64,000 bases of DNA. Source: Macrostomum lignano. Taxonomy: Eukaryota. The stretch is from contig NIVC01000102.1 in assembly GCA_002269645.1 (NCBI GenBank), positions 763,950-827,949 of the forward strand, in the 5' to 3' direction. Made by a program: the position numbers and the translations under genes. Below the pieces are notes generated by a model. That model was not told the origin of the DNA. It saw only the letters and a program-made list of their open reading frames with translations, and did not search any database. Within the stretch, counting starts at the first letter, position 1. Each line of letters opens with the position of its first letter. Positions 1 to 12,500 of the stretch are shown here, piece by piece.

Positions 1-469
1 CGTAATGTAAAAAATAAAAGAAGCTTCATGTCGAAGTTAAGAGATTCATTTGGGAATCCATTGCATTGCTGAGATGTCAAGGGGGGAGTTGATATGTTAA
101 AGCTTGTGGGGGGGATTACTGACATGTCAAGGCTTACAAGGTTTGACAGGAGATTTTTTAAGATTTCAAGGATACATGTAGCTTATTAAAAAAACGTGTA
201 TTGCATTTCTTTGGCTCCCCAACGGGGGGCGTAGATTGCTAGTCTCAATCTATAATTTTATCTCCTACCTACCTAATTATGTATGTTGTTAAAGCCAAGT
301 TGTAATCAATTGTGTTCAATCTTACCCTCCTTACCTGTGTACGTTGCAAAAACCAATATTTAATCAATCGTTTTCAATCTCACTTTCTCAAATCGTTCTA
401 ATAAAATCCTGACGATGCACCATGGCGTGCGAAACGCGTTGGAGTTATTAGAAATTGCAATCATATTCA

Positions 470-660
470 AATGTTGATAATAAGCTTTCTAGAGATGAGA
501 AGAGAGATGAAAGAAAAGAGGGATGAGGGAAGATACGAGAGAAGAGGGGAGAGAGGAGAGAGGGAAAAAGAGAATTGAGATGAGAGGAGAGACGAGGGAC
601 GAGAGAGAAGAGAGGAAACAGAAGAGAAGATAGAAGTTTCAAAGGATCCAAGGGACGTAG
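470..660. repeat. GA-rich polypurine low-complexity tract
   Basis: Run of gagag/agaga/gaaga motifs; it explains the spurious Leu/Ser/Phe-rich ORFs 448..651 and 467..757. Confidence 0.8.
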
Positions 661-1068
661 GGAGAGTCAGGAAGAGGCCAGAGTTTGCCAATACATGTTT
701 TAGAGTCAGACAGACATTGCCTGACATTCTGTGCAGCACCCCAACTAACAATATCAAATGTTTGCCTCAAATACTAATTTTACACGAATGTAATTCATTT
801 TATGTTTACCTCTATCCTACTAACTATTAACAAGTTTTTGTTTGAGTATGGCCTCAGATTTCCGAATACATGCAAAAATAGTTCCGGGGATTGGAATTCC
901 CCGGGTCCAAAATCCGCTGGTTTCAACAGCTTGTATATATGTCCCCGTCCCCGTCCCTCGTCCACGTCCAGAGCGACTAGCAAGCGGAGTTTCTGCGTGA
1001 CTTAGCTTAATACACACTGCTTTACTTTATTTCTCTCTGCTCGAAATCTGTCAGAACTCAAAGCAAGC

Positions 1069-2587
1069 ATGGGCACTAGAGAGCCAAATTTACCCGAGAC
1101 TCTCGAGCGGCCTGAAGTTGTTGTTCTTGATGATCTAGAGAGTAACTTTCCCGAAATCGACAACGTGGTAAAGACAGACGGAGTTCTTTCAGTCGGTATA
1201 AACTTCGACAAATTTGAGGCGACAGTTCTGGAGAAACATAAAACTGACAGTTTTGAAACGGCCTACGATACTCGAGGTAATCCTAGAGGTCTCTGTCTCA
1301 TCATTAACAATAAAAGTTTTGCTGGTAAACTCAAAGACAGAATCGGAACGGATGTTGACCGTGATAATTTGAGCAATCTGTTCAGCAAACTTCTGTACAA
1401 AGTGGAGATTGTCAACAACCAAACTGCCGAGGGAATGAAGGAAGCATGCAGGCGCTTCATTCTCAATCCGGAGCACGAACAGTACACCTCATGCGTCTTG
1501 GCGGTTCTGTCGCACGGCACAAATGGCAAAATACTGGGCTCGGACAGCAAGCCTGTGGACGAGTACAAGGACATCCTTTCGCTGTTTAACAATCCAGATT
1601 GCAGGCTAGCCGGTAAACCGAAGTTTGTCATCATTCAGGTAAATATACATGCAGGACAAACTGTACATTACTTTAAAACAGCCAAAGCCTCGATGCATTT
1701 CGCGGTTTTGAAACTTCAAGGCTTACCTCGCTGAATATAATTCCTAAGACACAGTACATCTCTATTCTTATATTAAACCCCAAAAGACTAACGCAGAATA
1801 AAAGCAAGTGGCACAAAAGACCGGCAGACGCGGCCCAGAAAGGGAAAACGAACCCCTTAAGCGACGAAATATATTGATTTTGTAATTTAAAAGAGAAAAA
1901 AAAATATTTTGCCAAAATTACGCCGACTCAGCGGCCGCGACGCGTGACTAAATAGCACAGAGCGGGGGGGAGGCTGCCCTAAGCCCTGCACGCACGCAGA
2001 GCACCAGCACCCCACCAACCCACCAAAGCGAGGCCAGGCCGGCGCGGGGGGGGGGGGTTTAAAACCAGTTAAAGTCAGATACCTGCCTCAAACTGACGTA
2101 TTTTACCTCCGCCATTCATGTGCGAAACACCTGGCAGGCCTGTCGAATCAAATTGGACGAAACTGACGACAAAGGCAAACTGCAGCATTCCATGGCCGGT
2201 CAGGAGGTCAGTGACGGTCCAATGGTTGAAGGCGACAAAAAATTCGACCTCGTGGAGCATCTCCAACGGCTCAACTATAGAGATGCCCAACGGGTGGAGA
2301 ACAGGCTCCCGCCAGACTACGCGGACCTGCTCATCGCCCACTCCACCTTGCCTGGGTACCTCAGCTGGCGCAACACCAAGCGAGGCAGTTGGTTTATCCA
2401 AGCCATCGTGCAAATCTTCTGGAGAAACTTTCACTCCGAGCACGTGGCCGACATGATGGTGCAGGTGAACTTGCTCGTTAGTAAGGCGTTCCGCGGCGAG
2501 AACAAGGAGAACAAGAACCAGGCATGCCAGATGCCCAGCCCTACCAACCATCTGCGCAAGAAGTTCTACTTTTTCCCCAGCAAGTGA
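1069..2587 (+). CDS. Caspase (peptidase C14), two exons: 1069-1638 and 2138-2587; an upstream exon is possible
   Basis: p20 motifs RGLCLIINN, RIGTDVD, VLSHG (catalytic His) and GKPKFVIIQ; phase-0 intron CAG|GTAAAT...CAG|GCC restores QACR. p10 motifs ADLLIAHSTLPGYLSWR, GSWFIQ and QMP..LRKKFYF. An acceptor-like TCAG at 1051-1054 leaves an open frame into the ATG. Confidence 0.92.
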
Positions 2588-3666
2588 AAGAGACTGCATG
2601 GGTTTTTAGCGAGTATTGAAGGTGTTTGTGGGCATTCACAATTCCCGTCTGACCATACATGTATGTGTACGTGCTGCAAACAAAAAACCAAACGTGAGCG
2701 TGTTTTACTACTATTTAGGTTATTTATGTACTGATTGACTATCTTAATTGACTATCTAATTTGTTTTTTAATCAAAAAAGACTACATACATATTATTTAA
2801 AGCAGCATGTCGTATCCGATTTTATTATCACTATTTTTTGGCAGAAGATCCACGCCCACGCAGTCCATGTCTAACTTAGTGCCTGTCTTTTCCTGTCCGT
2901 TTTCCTTCGTTTATTTATTCATTAAAAATAGTTACTTTGCATTGTACTGATATTAATTGTTTTTATGTGATTTTTATTAGGTTAGATCAGCAACAGTTTG
3001 TTTTACTGCATGTATTAACGTAGTCGAAAGTCGTTATATTTAATATGTTAAATTAATTGTTTGGTTTTGAAGGAGGTCTTTGATTGGAGTTCGACTGCTG
3101 ATCATGTAACCAACACGTTGATAATTTAAAGCAGAGTTCTACCTGCACTCAAATCCAAAGTCGACACACTTGGTTTCGTTATCCCGGCTGCTTAATTGAC
3201 AATTAAATTTACTTTACTACCATCCGTCTGAAAAATAAAATACACATAATCCGCGCGAGTGATCGGCTTTCCGCCAGTTCGTCATCTCTCAAACATCGTG
3301 TTCACTCTCTATACTCGTAATTGGCATGAGTGGCGATGCAGAGGCGTGAAGCATCTGGTAGGCTGCACGGGATGCAGAATTAAGCAGACTTGATGATTTT
3401 TATGGTTCGCTCAGAGCCAGTTAGTCACATGCAGTTCAGCTTTGCTAGTGCTTCAGCATTAAAATAATGTCAACAGTTGTCATGCTTTATCTGACTCCAT
3501 CTCCTATACTGGCACAAGAGTGTTTCCCAACCTGCACTGTGCCGCAATTCACTGCTGACTTCAGCTTGATTAACTTAATGTCTGCATCTCGTAAAATTGA
3601 ATCTCGTACGCAAAAGGAGTATTCGAGCTTAGCTAGGGGAAAAGGAGATGTGAGATTAAAAGTCAA

Positions 3667-4072
3667 AATGGAGCCCGAATCATTCGGTCCCTACTATACG
3701 CCAGTCTCTTCATTGGAGCCAAAAGTTATCGCTATGCCGAAACCTGGGGATCTCTATGGGGAGAAATAATATAAATTGGAATTTCGATGTGAACTCGGTA
3801 GGGTTTCTATCCCCACCTTGAAGATATTTCGAGATTCGAGATCGAGATACGTTTCGAGACGGAGGGTAGCAAACATCACTTTTTTGCACATTTATACGAG
3901 TATCGATCGTGGTCAAAGGTGATAAGCTCTCTCTCACTACAATTTCTCCCCATAGAGATTCCCAAATGCTAAATTAGATGGTTGGGTTTTCGGTATAACG
4001 CGAGCTTTTTGACTCCAATTTGATGAAGAGATTAACGTAAGGTAATCGGGACCCAATGTTTCAGGCTCCATT
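3667..4072. mobile_element. MITE-like foldback element with ~100-130 bp imperfect inverted arms
   Basis: The left arm AATGGAGCCCGAATCATTCGGTCCC...GATCTCTATGGGGAGAAAT (3667-3767) is the reverse complement of the right arm ATTTCTCCCCATAGAGAT...GGGACCCAATGTTTCAGGCTCCATT (3942-4072). No TSD identified. Confidence 0.65.
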
Positions 4073-5404
4073 CGGAAGCACTATAAAAAAGTTCCAAACA
4101 TGACTTAAACAGGAAGGGAATTTCACTTTCCACCCCACAGTATTTTGAGCAGGTCCAATTTTCGTAAAAGATCTTTGGTCTCGCAGACCAGTTTATGATT
4201 TGCTAATTTAAACTGTCACGGTGCGTTTTAGTTCTGCCTGAGCTTGAAATTTCACGCACATACGGGTACATGTATATCTCGGTGTACTCGCAACATTTTA
4301 AGCTATAATAAGAGTGACTTAGCTTTGTAGAGTGCTCTGCGCTCTTTGTCTCCAGTGTCTCGTAAATTCCAGTTCAGAACTGACTTTGTGTGTTCTGATT
4401 GATTTCGATACATAGTAATGTAGAAAGCCTGTCGATCAGCACTCGAACGCGATCAGATTCGTCACAATTAGGTAACGCGTACTTTTCTATCAGTTACATT
4501 AAAGCTACACCCAAAAGCACAGACAATATTGTACTGTCTATGCAATAGTAGCAAGGCGAGATCAGAGTAAATATTGATATAAGCTGGCATATAAAGGTTG
4601 AGAGGCAACCGGGACAATGGAATCTGGCAAACAACTGTAGGGATCTACAGGGTCTACAAGTGTATATACACACTGGTCCTTGGTCGACAGTCCTATCTTA
4701 AGGGTAGGTAAGCTGAAGATGATGGCAAAGGACTAGCTAAACACGTTGTATAAATCAAACCCGAATAAGTTTAGTAGTTAGCAACTATATTTTATACTTG
4801 CTGGCTTACGCGCTGAGAGAATAAGATCGATATTAGGATATTTTGTCGTTTTATACTTGAAAGTTTGTCAGAAATTGGAAAAGTCACGTTAAAGCTCGAT
4901 ATACTGAAAATTTATTGATTGATTATTTATTTAAAGCCGCAAATAAACAAGAATTTTCGGAATATAGTTACACGCGCTTAGAGTAATTTGAAAGTTGGAA
5001 TTGGTAATTATAAGCAAGCTAGATAGTTTAATAAATCTTTTATTGTAATTCCTGATTGACAAAAAATCTTTGACAATAATCAGAGACCTCTGCAATACAG
5101 TATATTATTTTAGCATACATTGTTATGCAAAATACCTATGGAAATTTATCCATGGTAATCTAAATATGGTAATGTATCTATCTATGCCTGTATCAATACA
5201 TCTATGTGTAATATATTACAGAGGTCCTTGCTGTGATTAATTTTCCAATATACTAGAAATAAGTTCTTTTAGCTAAAAAGCTGAATGACACAGAAACATG
5301 TATTTTTCACCAACTCAAAACTGCACAGCGTCGAAGGCTAAAGAAAAAATATCACACATTAAGCTCACTCATTGGACTATAGCTACTTGAGAATATTAGC
5401 CAAG

Positions 5405-6016
5405 TTTAAACGTGTTCTTCAAGTCAAAAATCCGCACCATTGTCCATTTATTCAGTGATTTCAGTGAGCTCTACAAAGCTGCCATTCATCTCGGATACAC
5501 TTCTCGCAGCGATGCATCAGTTTGTTGATTCCCTCCTCCCAAAACCTCGATGACATTTTCGGACCTTCCATAGTCTCAGTCGGAAAAAATTGAGCCACTT
5601 TCACAGAATTTAGCTACTATTCTGTGGCCACATCAGTCAGAAATTGCAACTTTAACCAGCAGTTCAGCTATGCAGCTCAAAACTGCAAGATTATTCCCAG
5701 GCAACTTTGCCATAGAAAGCAGAAACGGTGGGCCTTTATGAGAAGTAGCCAAATTTAGCAGCAGAAGTTTAAAAGCCTTCAAAGTTTAAACTTTTTAGAG
5801 TCTTTGCCATACACAAAAATCGTAATTTTCAATCTCGAGGCATGGACTTTAATTTACGATTACACAGTTGCGTGTATAGCTATATAACGCTTAAAATAAA
5901 GCTTTTAGTTGTTGTTCATATATGTAAAATTGTTGGGTGAAAATTTCCGGTTCATACGCGTTCATCCAATCAAAAATTATAACAAAATTCTCGTTACTTT
6001 TGAAACACCGCTCGTA
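5405..6016 (-). mobile_element. Internally deleted mariner-like DNA transposon relic
   Basis: Minus strand 5545-5467 reads FWEEGINKLMHRCEKCI(fs)EMNGSFVE, matching the mariner transposase C-terminus (GIxKLxxRWxKCIxxxGxYVE). TTACTTTTGAAACACCGCTCGTA at 5994-6016 resembles a mariner TIR; the left TIR is degenerate. Confidence 0.5.
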
Positions 6017-6317
6017 TAATTTCCTTTGAGTGAACGATTTACGGGTTATACATGTATAATACGAACACTTCGGCTGACCTTAAACCTCAGAAAGCAGGAG
6101 AGATACCATCACTTAATCTACAAACCAAGAACTTCTAGTGGTCCTTGCTACAAACAACACCAGTGCTTGATGAACTATAATAAGTAGAGAAATCAGCTAG
6201 GAGTTTACTATTTTATTTATCTAATTTCTTCCAAAAATGTTTAACCCCAAACGGCGCGAAATCTGTGTCACTCAGCTTTTTTTTGAGCACGTATCTGCGT
6301 CTCCGAAGCCGGCAGAA

Positions 6318-9300
6318 CTACTGCAGTGCATCAAGTCTCTTCAACTTCTCCTTGACCCAGCCGATCTTCTCCTCGTCCTGCGTCTCCATGGCGACGCGTC
6401 TCTCTTTCTCGATCATCTCCATCTGCTGCAGGCTGAGCTCTACGTGCTCGCGGCAGTCGCTGTAGTGAGCCAGAGTGAGCAGCTCCTCCAAGTCCGGGTC
6501 TTCTTCCAGCTCTCGTTTCCAATCCTCCAGTTGAATTACAGGTGCGCGATTGCGGAGCAGGTCAGCTTGGAGACTCCAGCTCAGGCAGCGGAAGTTCACG
6601 TACAGGTGGGAGGAGAGAGGCTGCGACAGTCTGGCTGTAAACAGAGTCTGCGTGAACTCGGGAAGGAATGGGAAGCGAGGCGAAGAGTCGCAGGGGAGGC
6701 AGAACCTCCACGCCCAGTCTGAGTCTTCTGGCAGTTTAGCTGGGTCATATGGGGACACTTCAATATTCTCTGGCTTCAGCCCTGACTCAACCTGATGTCT
6801 CTGCAGCTCCATCGCGAGTCTCTGAGCCTCCTCAGATTCTCCGAACTTCAAATGCGCCATGGCGGTCATGCACAGGGCGGCGCACTTGCACCACTGCAGC
6901 TCATGCAGGAGACTGAGCTGCCTCATCAGAGTGTCTCTGTCGCTCGATTCCGACTGCAGCTCGCTCACACACTGGTGCACCACACTGTACACGTCTGCGA
7001 ACTTTACGAAGTGTAAGTATTCAGGCTGTTTTTTGATCCCCGTGACAGCAGGCGGCGCTGTCAGAGGCAGCAGAGTGAACGGGTGAAAGTAGAACTTCTC
7101 TGACTGCAGAGGTCTCACGAGTCTCCTCAGCTGCTCGACCACTCCGCCGATGTCGCTTCTCAGCTCACATAGTCGGTCTCGAACCCTCGCCTTCGTGTTG
7201 TCGAAGTCGCCGCCGATTCCAGCGTTCTTGAAGTAGAGCGGAGCGTCGGGCATGAAGAAGTGCGGCATGCACTCATCCGGCGAGCTACTCGAGTCGATGA
7301 AGCTCAGCATCATGTCGAGAGACTCCTTGAGCAGAGCGATCAGATTGTGGGGCTGCCAAGCCTCAGTTTCAGAATTTGCGCCATGCTTTTCCAGCATTGC
7401 GAAGAGCAGAGTCTTTGCATGGTAGGTCTTGAGTCCAGGTGTGTCCAGCGTGAGTGGCAAGTGTCTCTTGAAGATGAACTTGATGAGTGTGAACAGCTGG
7501 CCCTGGACTGTGCTTAGCTGTCTCATGGTGTCTTTCTCTTGTAAGCTGAAGCTCACTCTGAGCTCGTTGGCTGAATTGGGTCGGGTGGCTCTTACGAGAT
7601 GAAGTGGCGCTTCATTTCCCATATTCAACGGGAAGCCCGATCCCAACCTCGCATTTGTCGATCCATTGCAGCACCGGATCGCGTGGCAGAGGTCCTGCGC
7701 AGGCCGCACTCCGCAGGCCGGGCTGCTCTTAGCTGGCTGGCTACCTGTGGTGAACACCCAATGAAAGCGTCGAGTGGTTTCTTATTTCAAAAATAAGAAA
7801 CTGACTTTACAAAACGTATAAAAACTGACCAGATCCGGTGGCAACAACTGCGTGACCCTCCGAAACCGGAAGCACTGGAGCGGTTTTGCATCCATCTGAC
7901 TGCCGCATGCAGAATCCTTCCAGATGCAGAGCTTGCCCATCAGCCAGCACAGTCCAGTCAATGTCCGAGTCTGCAGCTGTCCTGCCGTTCACCTGCTCCA
8001 GACTGTTGGCCCAGCCCTCTGCGTAGCTGCCCGTCATGTGCATGCGACCATTGTCCTGTGCGAGGACTTGAGCTGTGGATTCCAGAACTGAGGCCAAACT
8101 CTGCTGGCACTGAGCTCTCTCTTGAGTGAAGCCCGCTGCTTTGAGCAGTGCGTGCAACTTCTCACTGAGTTGCCAGTCGTGCTCTTCATCATCTATGGCT
8201 CTATAAGGATTTTCAAGCAAATTTAAGAGGTGGTTTGCTCTGCTGCGATTCAATAGAAAGCCAATGTGGAACTTTGAAAGATGACACACACTTTTAGAGA
8301 TTCATTTTAATACACTAAAACTTCAGTCTAAGTGTTCTCTCTGTGTTCGACCCACTGACTTGTTGGCGGCAAAGCCGCTCGTCTTTGTACCATGGACGAG
8401 TCAAGAACTCATGATGAGATAAAGCGATACGTTCTCCAAGAATAATTAGCCATGTTTTCATGCATTCTCAAGCTACAATGCCTGTAAACCGCTGCACTAT
8501 GGATCCTGCAACTGCATAAAAATATTTCCTTGCTTATAAATACTCGTACACCAAGTACAAAACTTTAAAATTTGAAAAAAAACTTGAATACTGTAATAAC
8601 TGTCTTCTATGTACGCCCATAGCACTAGAAATTTGTTGGCCAATCAAGAAATACACGTATAAAGAAAGGTAGCAGTCAGCGAATACTCACATCATAATAT
8701 TAAAAAACTTCTGGCATTTTGGCTTCTCGCTCTGTCTGAAGTTAGAAAGAAAATTTCCTTTCAAGTGAATGTCGCCTTCTGAGTGTATTTTATCGAACTA
8801 CTCACCCAGATATCAATTGCATGAGCTGCTGTGAGTGACCGAACTGCTCAGCCAACTGACCACACGTCAGACTCCGACCGTCTCGATGACTCGCATCCGC
8901 TCCTCTGTCCATCAGAGCCTTGGCTGCTCGCACGTGACCGGCTTCGCACGCTCGTGACAGAGCAGTCCGACCCTGACTGTCTTCAGCACGCACTGACGCA
9001 CCGAGATCGATGAGGTTCTCAATGAGCTCGTGATGACCTGCATCAGCTGCCAGCATAAGAGCAGTGGCTCCAGTGCTGTCTGGCAGATCGACATGCTGTG
9101 TGCTGACTCGCTCATCCTTGATCAGTGTGACAGCAAGAGCGACGTGCCTTTGAGAGATGGAGAGACAGAGCAGCTGTGTGATTTGAGCTGGCTGCATTCT
9201 AGAGAGGGTGTCGTTGAGAACAGAGTTCCTGCCTTCGATGGCCATTGCTGCAGTGAAGCTGAGGATGGTGCTGTATTGGAAGAGCCAGTCGGGCTCGAGG

Positions 9301-12300
9301 CCTAGGTAGGCAACGATATGTTCGTGAAGACGAGAGCAAGCCGCCATTGCGCACTTGCGTCTAGAAAGCAGTTTTTTGTTTGCAGACGTCTCTCTGTCAA
9401 GAATTTCTTTCAAAATTTCCACGTGGCCATCCTTTGCAGCAGTCTCCCCAACCTGAAGGCAAAAATCTTTAGCAATAGCTGAATCTGCAATAGTCTGCAA
9501 GAGACACTTCACTAACTTCCAGTTGCGACCACTTGCCGCTCGTTTTGCCGCCTCGATGCAATAAAAATCGCGAACCTGATGGCTGGACACCGCATCAATG
9601 AGGTATTGAAGTTCTTTAGGTGGTTCTGGTCCTGAGAAATAATTGATCGCACTTGCGACTTCCATGCAGAACTGATCCTTGAAGCCGTTCGCACCAGCAG
9701 CCTGCACCAAGCGTTTGACGGAGCTCAACTTGTTCTCATCATTGGCGAAGACTTCTGACCTCATACAGCATTGGCTTCGCTGCTTCTGGTCCGCAACAGT
9801 CTGAACAAGCAACTGGAAACATTTCAATCGACTGTGACTAGCTGCTGATTTCGCAGCAAGGAAGCAGATCTCGTCCTTGTCGTTCGGGTCAGCGACTGTT
9901 GACAGGAGAAATTCCAGTACTTCAGATTCCCCACAGCGTGCTGCTGCTACAGCTGCATCTCTGCAACAGTTTCTGCGCATTGCAGCATCCGCAATCGAGC
10001 TTAAATAGGATTTTAAACTTTCCAGGTCACCTGATTGTGCAGATATAATTGCCACCAGCATTCTAAACTGGTCCTGCGCTTGAGAACTTGAGGCGGAATC
10101 AAATATAATACAAAGAAAGTCGTCATTTACGCATGCGACTTTCAGTGGAACAAAACATCTTAAAATGGCTTGCAGGCAGCACTGGTCTTTGTCAAATGGA
10201 TCAGGAATTGCCTGTAGAAGTAGATTTATTGTATCAAAATGATTATCCTCGGCTGCCGTTTGAACTATCGCCTCGCCAGCAGAGATTTTATTACCTAACT
10301 CAGTCTTTGTTTGCAGAAACTGTTTCACTATATCCAACTCGCGGGCACTGACTGCAGTGTTTGCGGACTTCCTGCAGTTCTGATCATTTAATTTTTGGTC
10401 TATGATTATATTCAGTACCTTATTCACTTCATCCCACATTTTAGGTTTAGTAAAGTGGCTCGCAAGATCCAGCAAAAACTTACTTCTCATGCTCTTGTTG
10501 ACGATATTCATTGCAAAGTTTATCGCTTCAGTTGACATTCGCGGATTGCTTTGCAAAACATCCGAAAAAAATTTTTTGTTATACGACATTGCCGCAAAGC
10601 ACAGATCTCTCAAACCCTGACCGATGATTCTCCGTAAAAAGAACTTCACTTTGCTCCATCCATACTTCTCCATAAGTGCAGCTGCTGCCGCAATGCAGCA
10701 TTCATTCTGAGCGTCGATATCAACTACTGAAGCAAGCAAAAATGTCAAAAATTGCCAGTTACGAGTACTTGGCGTCGCAGATGTGACAATCTCCAAGCAG
10801 CACTTGTCTTTTATGCTTTGAGCAGCGACTCTCTTCATAAAATTCTTTGCAATATCAATTTGACCTTGTTGAGATGCAGATTGAGCCAAAACTCTGCAGC
10901 AGTCATCTTTCACTGTCTGGTCTAAAATTAAGTTTATCAGAAAGGACCAGGCTGGCCAGTGGATTTTGCTCGAAGCTCGAATCAGTTCAGAGCAGCAGCG
11001 ATCTTTTAAATCTTGGTCCGAAATCGCTTGAACAAGGAAATCCACGAACGTCCAATAGCTGTTTTGCGCAATGAGTTTTTTGTGTTCTGACGTACTGATG
11101 TCGGTTAAAACCTCCTCACTGCACTTATTCCTTAGAGACTTTGAGGAAAGTTTAAAGAAGAAGTACTTAGCCTCTTTTATGCATCCAGTCGATGCATGGT
11201 ACTTCACAGACTGCATGCAGCACTCGTCCTTTACATCTTGGCGCACAACTCCAGGCAACATGCATTTCACCAGCCCAAACTGGTTGCTCCGTGCGGCAGA
11301 CTCTGCAGCTCTTGCCCAGCACTGCTCCTGCACGCTCCGCTCTGACGCCCTCTGCACAGCGAATTGCACGACTTCGAGGCGACCAACTGCTGCAGCAGAT
11401 TCTGCGGCTTTGAGACACCACTGGTCTTTTACTTGACCGTCAGAAAGAGACTCAAATAACATTTGCAACGCTGACACCTGATGCTTGACCTCTTTGTCAT
11501 CTCCTTCATTGTCCCTGATTAAATCGGTTTGGTCTCCACCAAGACGCAACGACTCAGTATTGCTAGAAAAACCTTTGATAGCTTCCTGAGTAGCCTCAAT
11601 GCAGCACTGGTTTTTCGTGCTCTGATCAGAAATCGACTCGAGCAGAAACTGCAGCTCGGGTGTTTGACTTTCGCTAGCTGCCGATTTTGCAGTCTCTTTG
11701 CAGCACTCATCCTTGACCTTCTGATCAGCAATGCAATGCACCAAGTCTTTCGTCAGATCAAGGCGTCCGGCCTCGGCGTAGATGACTGCGACCTTGCTGC
11801 AGCACTGGTCTTTTGCGCTTCTGTCGGTGATTCGCTCGGACAGAAACTGCACGGTATCGAACAGGGCGAATGCGGCTGCGAAGCATGCGGACTCGGAGCA
11901 GCACCGGTCTGTCACCGCTGGGTCGGAGGCGGCCTGCAGCAGGAGCTTCACAACCTCCCACTGGGACTCGCTGGCTGCGAGTTCGCACACCTCGCTGCAG
12001 TAGCTGTTCTTGAGGTCCTGGTCAGAAGTTTCTTGAAGCAGAAATAGGAACAGATTCCAGTGACGCTCGCTTACAGCCAAGTTCATTGCCTTCAGACAGC
12101 AGCTATTCTTTACCTTGGGGTCAGCCGCAGTCTGAACCAAAAACTTGATTGTCTCCCATTGACTCGACCTTGCAGCAGACTTCACCGTCTTCTGACAGCA
12201 CAGGTCTTTCACAGATTGATCAGCGATCGCTTCCACAAGGAACTTCAGCATCGCCCATTCGTTTGACAGGGCGGCGACTTTTGCAACTTCGAGGCAGCAC

Positions 12301-12500
12301 TCGTCCTTTAGGCTCGAGTCTTCAACTGCTTGCACAAGAAGTCTGACGATTTCCCACTGGCGAGAGCGAGCAGCCAACCGAGTCAGTTTGTGTGCAGTTT
12401 TGCCTCTCTCAGCTCCATCACTGATTGCCTGTAGGAATGCCTCAACCGACTGCAAGTCTCCGATGGCCACAGCATCCTTGATATTGGCTGGTTCGGCCAT
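6318..12500 (-). CDS. Ankyrin-like repeat / cGAS-like (Mab-21, cGLR) nucleotidyltransferase fusion, ~1860 aa; exons 12500-8806, 8290-7830, 7744-6318
   Basis: Donor GG|GTGAGT at 8805 (phase 2) matches acceptor CTCTAAAAG|T at 8291. Donor G|GTCAGT at 7829 (phase 1) matches acceptor CACCACAG|GT at 7745. Total 5583 nt = 1861 codons with no internal stop. NTase motifs GSYAEG...DSDID and DLCHAI; Mab-21 motifs LRVSFSLQEK, LKTYHAKTLLF and MPHFFMP; canonical ANK repeats GATALMLAADAGH and GRTALSRACEAGH. Confidence 0.85.

Noticed and set aside
2075-2599. Antisense ORFs over GC-rich exons (also 6237..6722, 11529..12047, 16605..17051, 23002..23628, 43129..43548, 54102..54668)
   Set aside because: Shadow frames of real coding sequence with no independent motifs.
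8802-12500. Stand-alone 1232-aa ankyrin protein as given in the ORF track
   Set aside because: Its stop codon lies inside a consensus donor that splices in phase to the NTase exon, so the fusion model is preferred. A short isoform is not excluded.
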